DNA of 64,000 nt from Trueperaceae bacterium (GTDB taxonomy: Bacteria > Deinococcota > Deinococci > Deinococcales > Trueperaceae), in the NCBI GenBank assembly GCA_965214405.1, contig OZ243956.1, positions 3,776,001 through 3,840,000 of the forward strand, read 5' to 3'. The position numbers and the translations under genes were made by a program. Within the stretch, counting starts at the first letter, position 1. Every line of letters begins with the position of its first letter. The notes beneath the pieces are model-generated. The model was not told where the DNA came from. It searched no databases and was given only the letters and a program-made list of their open reading frames with translations. This document shows, piece after piece, positions 39,981 through 49,533 of the stretch.

Positions 39981-40829
39981 TCAGTGAGGCATCGGACTCG
40001 TTGTGAGCAGCCCGGTCACGCCAAGCACAACGGCTAAGAGGAGGGCCTCGAGCCCCAGCGCCCGCCGAAAAGGAAAGGTGCGGGGTGTCTCCTTTGTTGA
40101 AGGCGAGGCGGTGAGAGAGGGCAAAAAGACAAAACGGTTGACCGCGGCGAGGCCCAGAATAACGAGCACCAGCGCCACCTTGAGGAGCAACACACGCCCG
40201 TAGAGGGTGGTCACGAGCGAGGCGAGGGTGGGGATGTGGAGCAGGCTCGAGTAGACGCCGCTGGCAAAAAGGAGCCCCACGCCAAAGAGCCCGGTCAGGG
40301 ACACGCGGCGCATCACCCCGGCGAGTTCCGCGCGGGACCAGAGGGGCAAAAATGCGGTGTAGAAAACCGCGCCCACCCAGGCCGTCGCCGCCGCGAGGTG
40401 CGCCAAGTCGGCGATGAGGGGCAGGGAGCCGCCCATCGCGGCGTTGTGGCTTATCCAGCTAAAGGTCGCCAAAAAGCCCACGCCGCCCAAGACAAAGGCT
40501 GTGTTCGTAACTCTACCGGGTTTCCCACTCCATGCGAGGAGCGTGAGCGCGACCACCAGGCCGAGCCGGATGAGCGTGGCTAGGCCGTGGTGGGTCGAGC
40601 GCACGTACTCCCAAAAGAAGGCGCTGTCGAAAAATCCTAGAACATTCTCGAGCGTGACTATGATATTGAGTACGCTCCCAACCGCGACGATGAGCGCGCC
40701 AAGCAGCGCGCCGAGCCGGAGGGGCCGCCCTACGCCTTGAAGCCCCGGCCCGATAAACCGCCCAAAGAATCCCGCCCCCAAAAAGAGAACGGTACCCAGG
40801 TAGAGCGACCCCTTGACGAGCGCGTCCAC
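39981..40829 (-). CDS. copD: CopD-family copper uptake membrane protein
   Basis: SHNA, HLAAATAWVG, YGRVLLLKV, AAVNRF. Confidence 0.88.
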   Translation of the reverse strand: MDALVKGSLYLGTVLFLGAGFFGRFIGPGLQGVGRPLRLGALLGALIVAVGSVLNIIVTLENVLGFFDSAFFWEYVRSTHHGLATLIRLGLVVALTLLAWSGKPGRVTNTAFVLGGVGFLATFSWISHNAAMGGSLPLIADLAHLAAATAWVGAVFYTAFLPLWSRAELAGVMRRVSLTGLFGVGLLFASGVYSSLLHIPTLASLVTTLYGRVLLLKVALVLVILGLAAVNRFVFLPSLTASPSTKETPRTFPFRRALGLEALLLAVVLGVTGLLTTSPMPH

Positions 40830-41219
40830 TTAGCCGCCGGGCACTGAGGCGGCGAGATGTTCACTCAGCTTCACGCCGTCGGGATAGGTGACGTCCACCG
40901 TGATAATCCAGTCGCCCGCCATGCCAAACGCGAACTGCGTCTCGTAGGTGCCGTCGCCCTGTTCCTCGGCTTCGGCCAGCACCGGGGCCATCCCGGCATG
41001 GGTCATGTCGCCCGTGACTTCGACCTGCGCGCCCTCTATAGGTGCGCCATCCATAAGCACCGTCACCCGCAGAGGCACCTCGCCCAGCGCGGGTTTGCCG
41101 ACGAACGCGGCGGAGACGGTGCGCCCTTCTGCGGCGCTATTTGTTGCGGCGTTCCCCGAGGGGGGGCGGCAGCTTATCAGCGTGAGGGGTAAAAGGACGA
41201 AAAGGAAAGCGTATTTCAC
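40830..41219 (-). CDS. YtkA/FixH-like lipoprotein
   Basis: LISC lipobox; GDMTHAGM, GTY, FGMAGDW. Confidence 0.85.
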   Translation of the reverse strand: MKYAFLFVLLPLTLISCRPPSGNAATNSAAEGRTVSAAFVGKPALGEVPLRVTVLMDGAPIEGAQVEVTGDMTHAGMAPVLAEAEEQGDGTYETQFAFGMAGDWIITVDVTYPDGVKLSEHLAASVPGG

Positions 41220-41223
41220 GGGT

Positions 41224-41742
41224 TTACGGCGTGGCAGGTTGGTAGGAAAAAACGTAAAATCCTTGGGTGGTGTGGGTGTCGGTCGAAAGCACCCGCCACA
41301 TCACCACGTAATCGCCCGGCCCCTGCCCCTCTTTAAGATTTAGGCTCACCTCCTCCGCGGTGCCGGTGGTGGCGGGACCCGCGTCGGCGCGCGCGGCTTC
41401 GTCGCCGCGCTTGGTTAAAACCTCCGTGACGAGCGTCCCGGCGAGGCCGTTAAGGCGCAACGCTTCCTCTTCGGATTCGGGTGACGCGCCGCCGGTTTCT
41501 CCTCCAGACTCACCTCCGGAGGTGCTGGCGGGTATGGGCTCGAGCTTATACACCTTGAACAGGCTAAACCCCACCTCCACGGGTTCGCTAAAGGTGAGCG
41601 TGACGCTCTGGGGGAGCGTGGTGAGGACGCTGTTTTTGGCGGGCGTCATGGTGACGAGTTCGGCGTGGGCCAGGGCCAGACCTGCCCCCAAAAGGAGCAG
41701 GCACGCGAGGAAGGGGCGTAGGGGTGTAAAGAAACGTTTCAT
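41224..41742 (-). CDS. copC: CopC copper-binding protein
   Basis: ALA|HAEL, LTFSE, YVVMWRVLSTDTH. Confidence 0.88.
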   Translation of the reverse strand: MKRFFTPLRPFLACLLLLGAGLALAHAELVTMTPAKNSVLTTLPQSVTLTFSEPVEVGFSLFKVYKLEPIPASTSGGESGGETGGASPESEEEALRLNGLAGTLVTEVLTKRGDEAARADAGPATTGTAEEVSLNLKEGQGPGDYVVMWRVLSTDTHTTQGFYVFSYQPATP

Positions 41743-41775
41743 GAGTGCCTCATCTAGGACCGTCTGAGCGGTTGC

Positions 41776-42210
41776 TCAGGGAAAACGCAGGTCTTGAACG
41801 TCGCCGACTTCGCGCGGGTAGCTCTCGTCAACCGCCAGGTCGCCGATAAAGCCGTGAACGCGGATGGTGTAGGTGCCGGGCTCGGTGAGGATGTAGTCGT
41901 CTTTGTAATAGCCGGGTTTCCCGAACTGCGGGCGCACCTCCAGGGTCCGGGTCTGACCGCCCGGCGCGGTAATCTCGGCTAAGAGGCTGTTTTCCAGCCC
42001 CTCGACCGGGCTGTCGTCGTCGGCGTTGCGGATGATGAGGTCGAGGCCGGTGCGCACCTCGTCATATACAGGCTCGTTAAGCATCCCGACCGTCACCTTG
42101 TACTGCGCGCCGCCCTCGGGTCCGACAATTTTGGTTTCGTGGGCAAAGGCGAGGGTGAGGCTGAAAAGGGTTACAAGCGTGAGGGTTGCGCGTAAGGTTG
42201 CTAAGTTCAT
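41776..42210 (-). CDS. Exported hypothetical protein (His1, Ig-like)
   Basis: AFA|HET, VGMLNEP, PGYY...TEPGTY. Confidence 0.75.
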   Translation of the reverse strand: MNLATLRATLTLVTLFSLTLAFAHETKIVGPEGGAQYKVTVGMLNEPVYDEVRTGLDLIIRNADDDSPVEGLENSLLAEITAPGGQTRTLEVRPQFGKPGYYKDDYILTEPGTYTIRVHGFIGDLAVDESYPREVGDVQDLRFP

Positions 42211-42412
42211 ACATTTTCCTTTCAAGTAGAGCCCGGTTTGGGCTCGGTTTGAGGGGGGACTCGAGCGTTTTCAGATTCAACGTCTCAAGAGGTTGCGAAT
42301 ACGGCGGTCAACGCTGACTAGCTTGGCGGTTGACTTGATGATTGACCGGCAGTTGACCCCACAGTTGCCTTAACAGCGACGTGACGGTCAAGAGAATGGT
42401 CTAAAAGAACGC

Positions 42413-43984
42413 TCAAAACGAAGGCTGAAACATGATCGTCCCGCGCATCTCCATCGGCTGACCCAGGATGAGCAGCGACACGACCGCGAAAGCGAGCACG
42501 AACAGCAGCGGCGGCCACATCGCCAAGACGCCGCGCCGCCCGAAGTCGCGTAGCGCGGTGCGAATCACCACGCCCACACCCAGCAGCGTGTAGAGCCCGA
42601 CGAGCCCCGCCTCGATAGGGAAGAGCAGCCGCGTGGGCACCACCTGGCTGAGCCGCCAGTTGGGGTCGATATCAAAGCCGCGAAAGGCGAAAAAGTGCTC
42701 GAAGACGGGCACAATCGTGTAGGCCCCGGTGAGAAAGTGAAAAAGGTAGTGCGCGCCCCAGAAGCCAAAGCCGAGCGCCAGCGTGACGTAGCCCCAGCGC
42801 ATGAGCGCCTCTTTGGGACCCGTGCGCGCCCCGCCCAGCCGGTCAGCAAGCATGGCGACCCCGGTCGTGAGCCCCAGCCCCCCCGCAATGACAATGAGAA
42901 AAAGCAGCCCCAGCACCAGCGCTTCGCTCTGCGTTTGAAGCGTGCCCGCAATCCACTGGGCAAGGCTAAAGTACGGGCCAATCATCCCAAAGGCGTTGAG
43001 CAGCCCCCAAAAGAGGAGGAGCACGCCGAGCAGCATGACGGGCAGGCGGCCCCGTTTAGCCCAGGGCGCTTTGGTCCACTCCCAGCCGGGCTGCCGTACG
43101 GTCAGCGCGACGTTATCGTAAGGACACGCTCGCACGCAGTTAAAGCAGTTTGTGCAGTCCATATTGGACTGAATGGCGGGCGCGAACAGGTCGGTCTCGC
43201 AGCCTGGAAAGTGGCCCTTACCGTTCGGGTGGATAATGTCGGTCAAGGGAATAAAGGCGGCTCGAGCCCCCCCCATCGCCTTGTCTCTTTCGCCCACAGT
43301 CTCGAATGTGTCGCGCCCGTGCAAACAGGGCTTGTGCTCGCAGCTCCGGCAAATGTCATGATCCGCGGCGGTAATCTGCGTGGGCGAGGCGGTCGCGTAG
43401 GCGAAGTTAAAGTTACCCAGCGGGCAGACGTAGCGGCAAAAGGTGCCCGCGGGAAAAAGCGTATCCACGGCCAGCGCGCCCGCGAAGTAGGCGAGAATGA
43501 GCCAGGCGGTGAGCCAGGGACTCGCCCAGAGGTCGAACACCTCATAGGAGAAGAAAAAGGCGAACAGCAGGCCGATGACCAGGTATTTGTTCTTGAGAAC
43601 CCTGGGCCAAGCGAGCTTGCGGGGCAGGAGGCGCTCCAACCTCTTCGTCGCCCCGCGCGTCAGCATGAGCGGGCAGGCCGCGCAAAAGGCGTTGCCGACT
43701 AAGGCCAGCGCGATGACGACCAGGCCCCGGTAGTGCAACCACAGGGTCGTGGTGGCGACGTTGCGCGGCGCGAGCTGTCGCCCGGTGAAGCCGTCCCAGA
43801 TGGCGAACAAGGCCAGGACGAGAAGCGGGATTTGAAAAACGGCCCGCGCATATTTCCAGCGTATGAACCTTCGCAAACCGGGGAGCTTGAGCAGGTCAAA
43901 CCCGCGCGGCTGCTCGGCGATGAGCCCGCCCCGGCGGGGCGATGTGACCCCGGCGACGCGCGCCGGGGTGGTGCTTCTAGCCAT
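42413..43984 (-). CDS. Membrane 4Fe-4S polyferredoxin-like protein
   Basis: FCAACP, FCRYVCP, CRSC...C, CTNCFNCVRACP; multiple TMs; start uncertain. Confidence 0.85.
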   Translation of the reverse strand: MARSTTPARVAGVTSPRRGGLIAEQPRGFDLLKLPGLRRFIRWKYARAVFQIPLLVLALFAIWDGFTGRQLAPRNVATTTLWLHYRGLVVIALALVGNAFCAACPLMLTRGATKRLERLLPRKLAWPRVLKNKYLVIGLLFAFFFSYEVFDLWASPWLTAWLILAYFAGALAVDTLFPAGTFCRYVCPLGNFNFAYATASPTQITAADHDICRSCEHKPCLHGRDTFETVGERDKAMGGARAAFIPLTDIIHPNGKGHFPGCETDLFAPAIQSNMDCTNCFNCVRACPYDNVALTVRQPGWEWTKAPWAKRGRLPVMLLGVLLLFWGLLNAFGMIGPYFSLAQWIAGTLQTQSEALVLGLLFLIVIAGGLGLTTGVAMLADRLGGARTGPKEALMRWGYVTLALGFGFWGAHYLFHFLTGAYTIVPVFEHFFAFRGFDIDPNWRLSQVVPTRLLFPIEAGLVGLYTLLGVGVVIRTALRDFGRRGVLAMWPPLLFVLAFAVVSLLILGQPMEMRGTIMFQPSF

Positions 43985-44007
43985 GTGTCTGTCCAATCTT
44001 TTGGGTG

Positions 44008-44892
44008 TTACTCGTCTGACACCGTCACGTCAAAGGTGGCTTGTCGTATGTCACCCTCGTGCGTGACGGCGACGTCCACGCTCCAGGCTCCCGCCATCGC
44101 AAAACTCAGGGGCGCGTGGTTGGCGCTTCCTTCAATGCCTGCTTCGTTAAGCGAATTGTCGAAGTGCGTGTGCTCCAAATCCACCACCGCGTCGTCCGTT
44201 GAGTGGGTCATGCCGCTCATGGCGTACTGAAGGGTGTAGGCCCCGTGGACAAATTCGCCGTCCTCAAACGCGTAAGCGTAAACCTCGGTGAGGCCGCGCG
44301 TAGACAAGCTCGGCGCGGGCGCGAGCGCGAGGTAGAAGTCCGTTCCCTCGGGGGTGGTTTGCTGGTACAGGGCGAGGGGGAAACTTACGGCTTGACCGCT
44401 CAGCGTCCCCTCGATGCGCCAGACGCCCGGAGCGAAGTTTGGCAGGGTCACGGTTGCCAAGGTGTCATTGACGACCGTGGCTGATAGCGCTTGCGTCTCT
44501 CCTTGTGGGTCTGTAGCACTCAGGTCGAAACCGGAAGCCACTACGGGCGCGTCCTCTACGCCGGTGTCGAGCGTCAGCCCAAGCGTGACGCTCTCCGGGG
44601 TGACGAGTGGGTCGATGCTCATGAGGTAGTTACCCACGGCGACGGTATTAAGCATCTGGGTCGCGCCTTCTTCTCCCACGCCGCCCGTCATATCGTCGTT
44701 ATGGTCATGTGCGTCGTGGTCATGGGTCTCGTGCTCTTCTTGTCCACCGCTCATGGCCGTGTGGTCGTGGTCGTTCCCGCCCGTTTGAGCGGCGGCGCTG
44801 AGGGTGAGGGAAAGCGTGAGGGCGTAAAGGCAAAACCTCAAAAGCCGTGGTTTTAGCGGATTTGACGATGGTTTTAGCAGTGGTTTTAGCAT
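44008..44892 (-). CDS. Exported His/Met-rich protein with YtkA-like C-terminus
   Basis: Signal, DHDHTAM...HETHDHDAHDH, MSGMTH, FAMAGAW; GGAGG SD. Confidence 0.78.
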   Translation of the reverse strand: MLKPLLKPSSNPLKPRLLRFCLYALTLSLTLSAAAQTGGNDHDHTAMSGGQEEHETHDHDAHDHNDDMTGGVGEEGATQMLNTVAVGNYLMSIDPLVTPESVTLGLTLDTGVEDAPVVASGFDLSATDPQGETQALSATVVNDTLATVTLPNFAPGVWRIEGTLSGQAVSFPLALYQQTTPEGTDFYLALAPAPSLSTRGLTEVYAYAFEDGEFVHGAYTLQYAMSGMTHSTDDAVVDLEHTHFDNSLNEAGIEGSANHAPLSFAMAGAWSVDVAVTHEGDIRQATFDVTVSDE

Positions 44893-45025
44893 GGTGGAAC
44901 CTCCCTGAGCATTCACATACGCTTTATAGAACTGCTCCATAAAGACGTACATAACGCTCTTTATGACGCGTACTTGACGTGTGAAAGAACCCAACAGCGC
45001 AGGCTGAGGGGTCGCAAGCTTTGCT

Positions 45026-45382
45026 TTACCGCGTCAGGGGAGGCGCCCGGATGCCGTTGGCGGGGTCGGAAAGGGTGCTGAGAATAAACTGAGGAGTGTT
45101 GGTAGAGGCAAAAAAATAGAGCACCAAAAACGGCGCGACCGTTGTTAGCGAGACCCCGAGCGCCGGACCCAACACGCTGCTGACGGGGTGGGTGTGCGCG
45201 GGCGTGCCCGCAGGGTGGGTGTGACCAAAATTCCCGTGCGCGGCGAGGAGCGGTGAGACGAAGAGAGCGGTCGTGAGAAAAAAAGCAACGAGGGTGGCGG
45301 CTCCAGCTTTTACCGCCGCGCGTCCCCGTTCTGACAAACGCCATTCCAAAAGCCGTTTTATCTCCGCCCGCCCGGTCATCAC
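45026..45382 (-). CDS. Putative metal-sensing leader/arrest peptide (TM, HTHP x2, C-terminal RAPP)
   Basis: Ends GIRAPPLTR*; starts 4 nt after the upstream stop. Confidence 0.72.
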   Translation of the reverse strand: MMTGRAEIKRLLEWRLSERGRAAVKAGAATLVAFFLTTALFVSPLLAAHGNFGHTHPAGTPAHTHPVSSVLGPALGVSLTTVAPFLVLYFFASTNTPQFILSTLSDPANGIRAPPLTR

Positions 45383-45386
45383 GCCT

Positions 45387-45821
45387 CTACTGCCCCGGCA
45401 CCGTCACGCTCGCTTCGGCGCTCTCTTTGGTGCCGTCGGGCAGCGTCACCTCGGCGGTGAGAACCCAGTCGCCCGCCATCGTGAATTCAAAGTCGTCGGC
45501 GCGGTATAAGCCGGGCGCGCTCTCGGTCGCCGTGGCGACCACCGGGACCATGCCCGCGTGGGTCATGTCGCCCGTGACCTCAACCGTCGCGCCGGAGACG
45601 CCGTCGTTGTTGGGGCCGAGGACGTAGACGATAACGGGAGAAGTGCCCAGCTTAGGGGCTTCTTCCGCCTCAACGCGGACACTTTGAGGGATGCTCGACT
45701 GCGTTTGCGTCGTCTCGCTCTCCGCGGTACTCGGTATACTCGTTGGCACGTTCGGCGCGTTTGTCTGGGGCGCGCGGCAGGCCGTGAGGAGGAGCAAAGA
45801 GAGCAGGAGCGCGCGCTTCAT
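45387..45821 (-). CDS. YtkA/FixH-like lipoprotein
   Basis: LTAC lipobox; GDMTHAGM, FTMAGDW. Confidence 0.85.
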   Translation of the reverse strand: MKRALLLSLLLLTACRAPQTNAPNVPTSIPSTAESETTQTQSSIPQSVRVEAEEAPKLGTSPVIVYVLGPNNDGVSGATVEVTGDMTHAGMVPVVATATESAPGLYRADDFEFTMAGDWVLTAEVTLPDGTKESAEASVTVPGQ

Positions 45822-46897
45822 GAGGTTAGCCTAGCACGCGGGCGCGTTTGGGCGCGTTCTGGGGCGCTCTCTAAATTCCTGCGCAAGCCGCCCACCCACA
45901 GCCGCGCGTCATCCGCGCGCGGCGTCCACACCAAAAGGAGCGCCATCGCGCCGTAAAAGGGGAGGTGCCCGACCAGCTCGAGCCAATTGAAATAGGTGAG
46001 CGTGAGGTTAAAGGGCAGCCACGCCACAAGGATGACCGCGCGCGGGAAAAGTCCAAACACCAGAAAGAGCCCGATAACGAGTTCAATGGTCCCGGCCCCC
46101 AGGATAAAAAGCGTGTCGGGGAGGTGAAACCCCAGATAGCCGGTAAAGTTGAGCGGGTACTCTCCCAAAAAGGCGCGGGCGAGGGGCAAGTTGGCGAGCT
46201 TTTCGGTGAAGGCCACCGTGATGAGCGACAGCCCGACGCCTACGCGCAGCGCGGGCACCGCCCAGCGCATGAGGCGCGCGGGCGGCTCGAGCGCGGGAAA
46301 GAGAAGCCGGTCGACCGAAAAGGGGCCGCGTCCTGCAAAGAAGAAAAAGAAGGCGAAACCTAGGTAGTGAACGTTCTCGAGCATCCTCTCCAAGCCCACC
46401 ACCGGCACGCCGACGAGCCAGAGGAGGAGCAGCGCGACCGCCGCGAGCCGAGTAAAGCCGCCGTAAAAAAAGCTCAGCGCGACGCCCGTCTGCACGAGAC
46501 CAAAGGCGTAGGCCCACGCGCCGGGGGGCACGTTGTTGGGCGAAAAGAGCCGCCCCTGCACCCCGTTAACGAGCAGAGGCACCGCGAGGTGGACGCCCAG
46601 AATCGCCGGGATGAGCGCGTAGAGAAGGGCGCGCCCGCGCGGGGTCGCGCCAAAGCGCTCGGGTCCCGGCAAGGCGTCGCGGCCCCCGCGGGCGCGCCAG
46701 AGGAGCCAGCCCAGCCCTGTCACGAGGAGCGCCCCGCCGACAAAAAGTATCGTGGGAAAGCTTAGCGCTGCGCCAAGCCGCGTGGGAAACCCGGTGGCGT
46801 CATAAAACCAGCGTTCGTGGGCGTAACCGCGCCCGCCCAAAAGAACCGCGCTCACCAACAGCCCGCGTAAAAACTGACCCGCCCAGTCCAACTTCAT
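45818..46897 (-). CDS. DoxX-like membrane protein
   Basis: GYA|HERWF, EKLANL, ELVGHLPFYG. Confidence 0.78.
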   Translation of the reverse strand: MKLDWAGQFLRGLLVSAVLLGGRGYAHERWFYDATGFPTRLGAALSFPTILFVGGALLVTGLGWLLWRARGGRDALPGPERFGATPRGRALLYALIPAILGVHLAVPLLVNGVQGRLFSPNNVPPGAWAYAFGLVQTGVALSFFYGGFTRLAAVALLLLWLVGVPVVGLERMLENVHYLGFAFFFFFAGRGPFSVDRLLFPALEPPARLMRWAVPALRVGVGLSLITVAFTEKLANLPLARAFLGEYPLNFTGYLGFHLPDTLFILGAGTIELVIGLFLVFGLFPRAVILVAWLPFNLTLTYFNWLELVGHLPFYGAMALLLVWTPRADDARLWVGGLRRNLESAPERAQTRPRARLTS

Positions 46898-46954
46898 AAC
46901 CCTATGATAGAGCCAAAAAGCGCCTCTGTCACGGGACATTCGTCTCACTCAACA

Positions 46955-47563
46955 TCAATCAGCGCCAAAAGGAAACTCGGCCAACGCTGTGTGACGCGCG
47001 CCTTTCGCCCGGAGTTCGCTCCGCACGAGCGCGACCGCCTCCGCCCGCCAAGTCACGGGCACCGGGTCGGGCGCGGTGGCTAAGAGGCTGGCGAGTTCGC
47101 GCCACGCAGCGGGAGAAGGGTGCGCCACGCGCCCCAGGGTGAGGTGCGGCTTGAACGCCCCCTTTTCCCCAGACAAGCGGTCGTCGAGGCGGTTCTTGAT
47201 GGCGGCGTGCAGCGTGTGAAGCTCGTCCAAGGCTCCCTCGAGCCCCACCCACAACACGCTGGGCCGCGCGAGCGAGGGAAACGCGCCCAAACGACTCGTG
47301 CGAAGGTCCAAAGGAGCCGTGCGCCCCGCGGCGCGCGCCATCACCCCCGCGACCTCATCAGCCTCCCAAGCCTTGATCTTGCCCAAAAAAATGAGCGTGA
47401 GATGAAAGGTTTCGGGCGAACTCCAGCGCACCGCGCTTTCAGGAAGCCGTTCGCGCAGCCTCGCCTGCGTCTCCTGTAGCGCTTCTTTTACATGAGGGGG
47501 CAGCTCGAGCGCCACAAACACGCGCAAGGTGTCGGTCCCGGCATCTTTCAAAACATCACTCAA
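46955..47563 (-). CDS. thpR: RNA 2',3'-cyclic phosphodiesterase
   Basis: Two HxT motifs: HLTLIFLG, FKPHLTLGR. Confidence 0.92.
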   Translation of the reverse strand: MSDVLKDAGTDTLRVFVALELPPHVKEALQETQARLRERLPESAVRWSSPETFHLTLIFLGKIKAWEADEVAGVMARAAGRTAPLDLRTSRLGAFPSLARPSVLWVGLEGALDELHTLHAAIKNRLDDRLSGEKGAFKPHLTLGRVAHPSPAAWRELASLLATAPDPVPVTWRAEAVALVRSELRAKGARHTALAEFPFGAD

Positions 47564-48380
47564 GGCGGCCCCGCTCGCGCAGGTACGCGAGAATGCCCGC
47601 CTCGAGCCGCGCCGCCGGTTGGTCGGGACGGCTCAAATAGCCGCGGTCCTCAGGATTACTCAGGTAGCCCAATTCGACGATGACCGCGGGCGTGCCGGGG
47701 TGGACGCTGTGGTGGTAGCGCCGGAAGTTAAACGCGTAGTAGAGGAGCATACTGTCGGTCACGTTGTCTTGATCGTCCGGCAGGCCCGACGCGCCGTAAG
47801 CGGCGTCAATCTGGACCTTGAGGCGCGGCTCTAACGGGTTACGTGGAGGCGAAAAGGTCGCCGTTTTGTAGCCGCGCCGCGCGGCGTCGGGTGAGGCGTC
47901 GGCGTGAAGCGACACGAAAAGGTCCGCGTGGTAACCCTCGGGCGGCGTGGCTGGGAGCAGGTCCACCATGACGCCGTTCTCTTCCAGCCGCCGCGCGAGT
48001 TCCTGCGCCACCGCCCGGTTCACGTCCACCTCGTCCACGCCCGCCGCGTGCCCGCCCGTATTGACGCGCAAAGCCGCGAGTTCTTCGGGATGATTCCGCG
48101 CCTGTTCGTGCCCCACTTGGATGCCGACGCGGGGCGGACCTATCAAAAGGTTTAGGAGCGCGCGCCTGCTGCTCTGGGCGGTGTGCTCGAGCGCGACCGC
48201 AAACCCGGTGGCGAGGCGAGCACCGCCCCGGCCCATGTCCCCCGCTTTTAACACGCCGAGAACGCCCAAGCCGATAAGAACCCCTGTAAGGAGCAAGAAG
48301 CGCTGCGGCGTCATCGGGCGCTCGCGTTCATCCGCCCCCTTCTCACTTTTTTTGGCGTCTCGGTGCGCTGTCCCCTGCAC
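47556..48380 (-). CDS. N-acetylmuramoyl-L-alanine amidase
   Basis: QVGH, EVDVN, SLHAD, VELGYLSN. Confidence 0.85.
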   Translation of the reverse strand: MQGTAHRDAKKSEKGADERERPMTPQRFLLLTGVLIGLGVLGVLKAGDMGRGGARLATGFAVALEHTAQSSRRALLNLLIGPPRVGIQVGHEQARNHPEELAALRVNTGGHAAGVDEVDVNRAVAQELARRLEENGVMVDLLPATPPEGYHADLFVSLHADASPDAARRGYKTATFSPPRNPLEPRLKVQIDAAYGASGLPDDQDNVTDSMLLYYAFNFRRYHHSVHPGTPAVIVELGYLSNPEDRGYLSRPDQPAARLEAGILAYLRERGRLE

Positions 48381-48607
48381 GCTTAGAGCCTAACACGAGT
48401 GTGAGGGACGAACGGCGGGCTGTGTGCAACATAGGGTGACTTGGGTGTGAAAGGTTCGGGTAAGAACGTCATATGCGAGCAGTCCGACGTTGTGTTTTGG
48501 TTCCGCGCCTGAATACCAGAGTAAAAGAGACTCCCTACTTCCTTTACTCCTCCACCCCCACCTCTCTACGATTAAAGGCTCGAGGCACAAGCAGTCTACG
48601 TCCCTCT

Positions 48608-49264
48608 TTACATCCTTTCGCCCGTGAGCCAAAAGAGCGTGTGCTCGTTGACGTTTTCGATGTGGTCGCCCAAACGCTCTAGATAACGCGCCACGCTAAG
48701 TAGTTTTGTCGCGGCACCGATCGTTTTGGGGTCTTCCATCATGTAGGTCAAAAGCTCGCGCTGAATCTGCTCATAGAGGTCGTCGACCTCCCGGTCCATC
48801 GCGTGCGCCTCGCGCGCGGCGAGCGCGTCGGATTCGGCGATGGCCTTGATGGTCCTTTCAATCATGGTGCTCAAAATGACGAGGATGCGCTCCATGTCGA
48901 GGTATTTTTTTAGGGGCGGGCTGCTCGCTAGGAGCGCGCCCGCTCTAGCCACATGTTCGGCGTAGTCGCCCGCGCGTTCAATGTCGGCTAGTGCGCGGTA
49001 GGTCGCGCCCAGAAAGCGCAGGTCGCGCGCGGCGGGTTGACGGCGGGCGATAATGGTCAGGATGTCTTGCTCGAGCGACGCCTGCAGCGCGTCGATATGC
49101 CGGTCATTTTCCGCGCACGCCTCGGCGGCAATCACGTCGGCGTTGATAAGGGCACTCTTGGCTAGATCGCATGATTCGCGCACGAGCGAGAGCATCCGCA
49201 CGGCGGCGGCGCTCACCTCCTGCAACTGTTGGTCCAAAACGTTCACGAAGTCTGATCGTAACAT
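48608..49264 (-). CDS. phoU: Phosphate signalling protein PhoU
   Basis: QPAARDLR, DIERAGDYA, LERLGDH. Confidence 0.95.
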   Translation of the reverse strand: MLRSDFVNVLDQQLQEVSAAAVRMLSLVRESCDLAKSALINADVIAAEACAENDRHIDALQASLEQDILTIIARRQPAARDLRFLGATYRALADIERAGDYAEHVARAGALLASSPPLKKYLDMERILVILSTMIERTIKAIAESDALAAREAHAMDREVDDLYEQIQRELLTYMMEDPKTIGAATKLLSVARYLERLGDHIENVNEHTLFWLTGERM

Positions 49265-49533
49265 ACGAAAGTATCCGCCTTCCCTGTCAGCCCCGTGTCA
49301 AAACTCGGCCGAAGTATCTGCAAGGTGTCCCTCAAAAACCGCGCAAAACGCGTTAAAAATGCCACTCGAGCAGGGACAAAGGGTACGTGACCGAGAGCTG
49401 ACAAAGGTCAGGCTAGAATTAAGAGTGGGTGCAATGTGCTGCGGGACGTGCAGGCGGGGTGAGGCGGTATGGGACGTTAAATGAAGCAGGAATACGCGAT
49501 GTACAAGTGTGCGGCGAACGAGGGCGTGACGCG

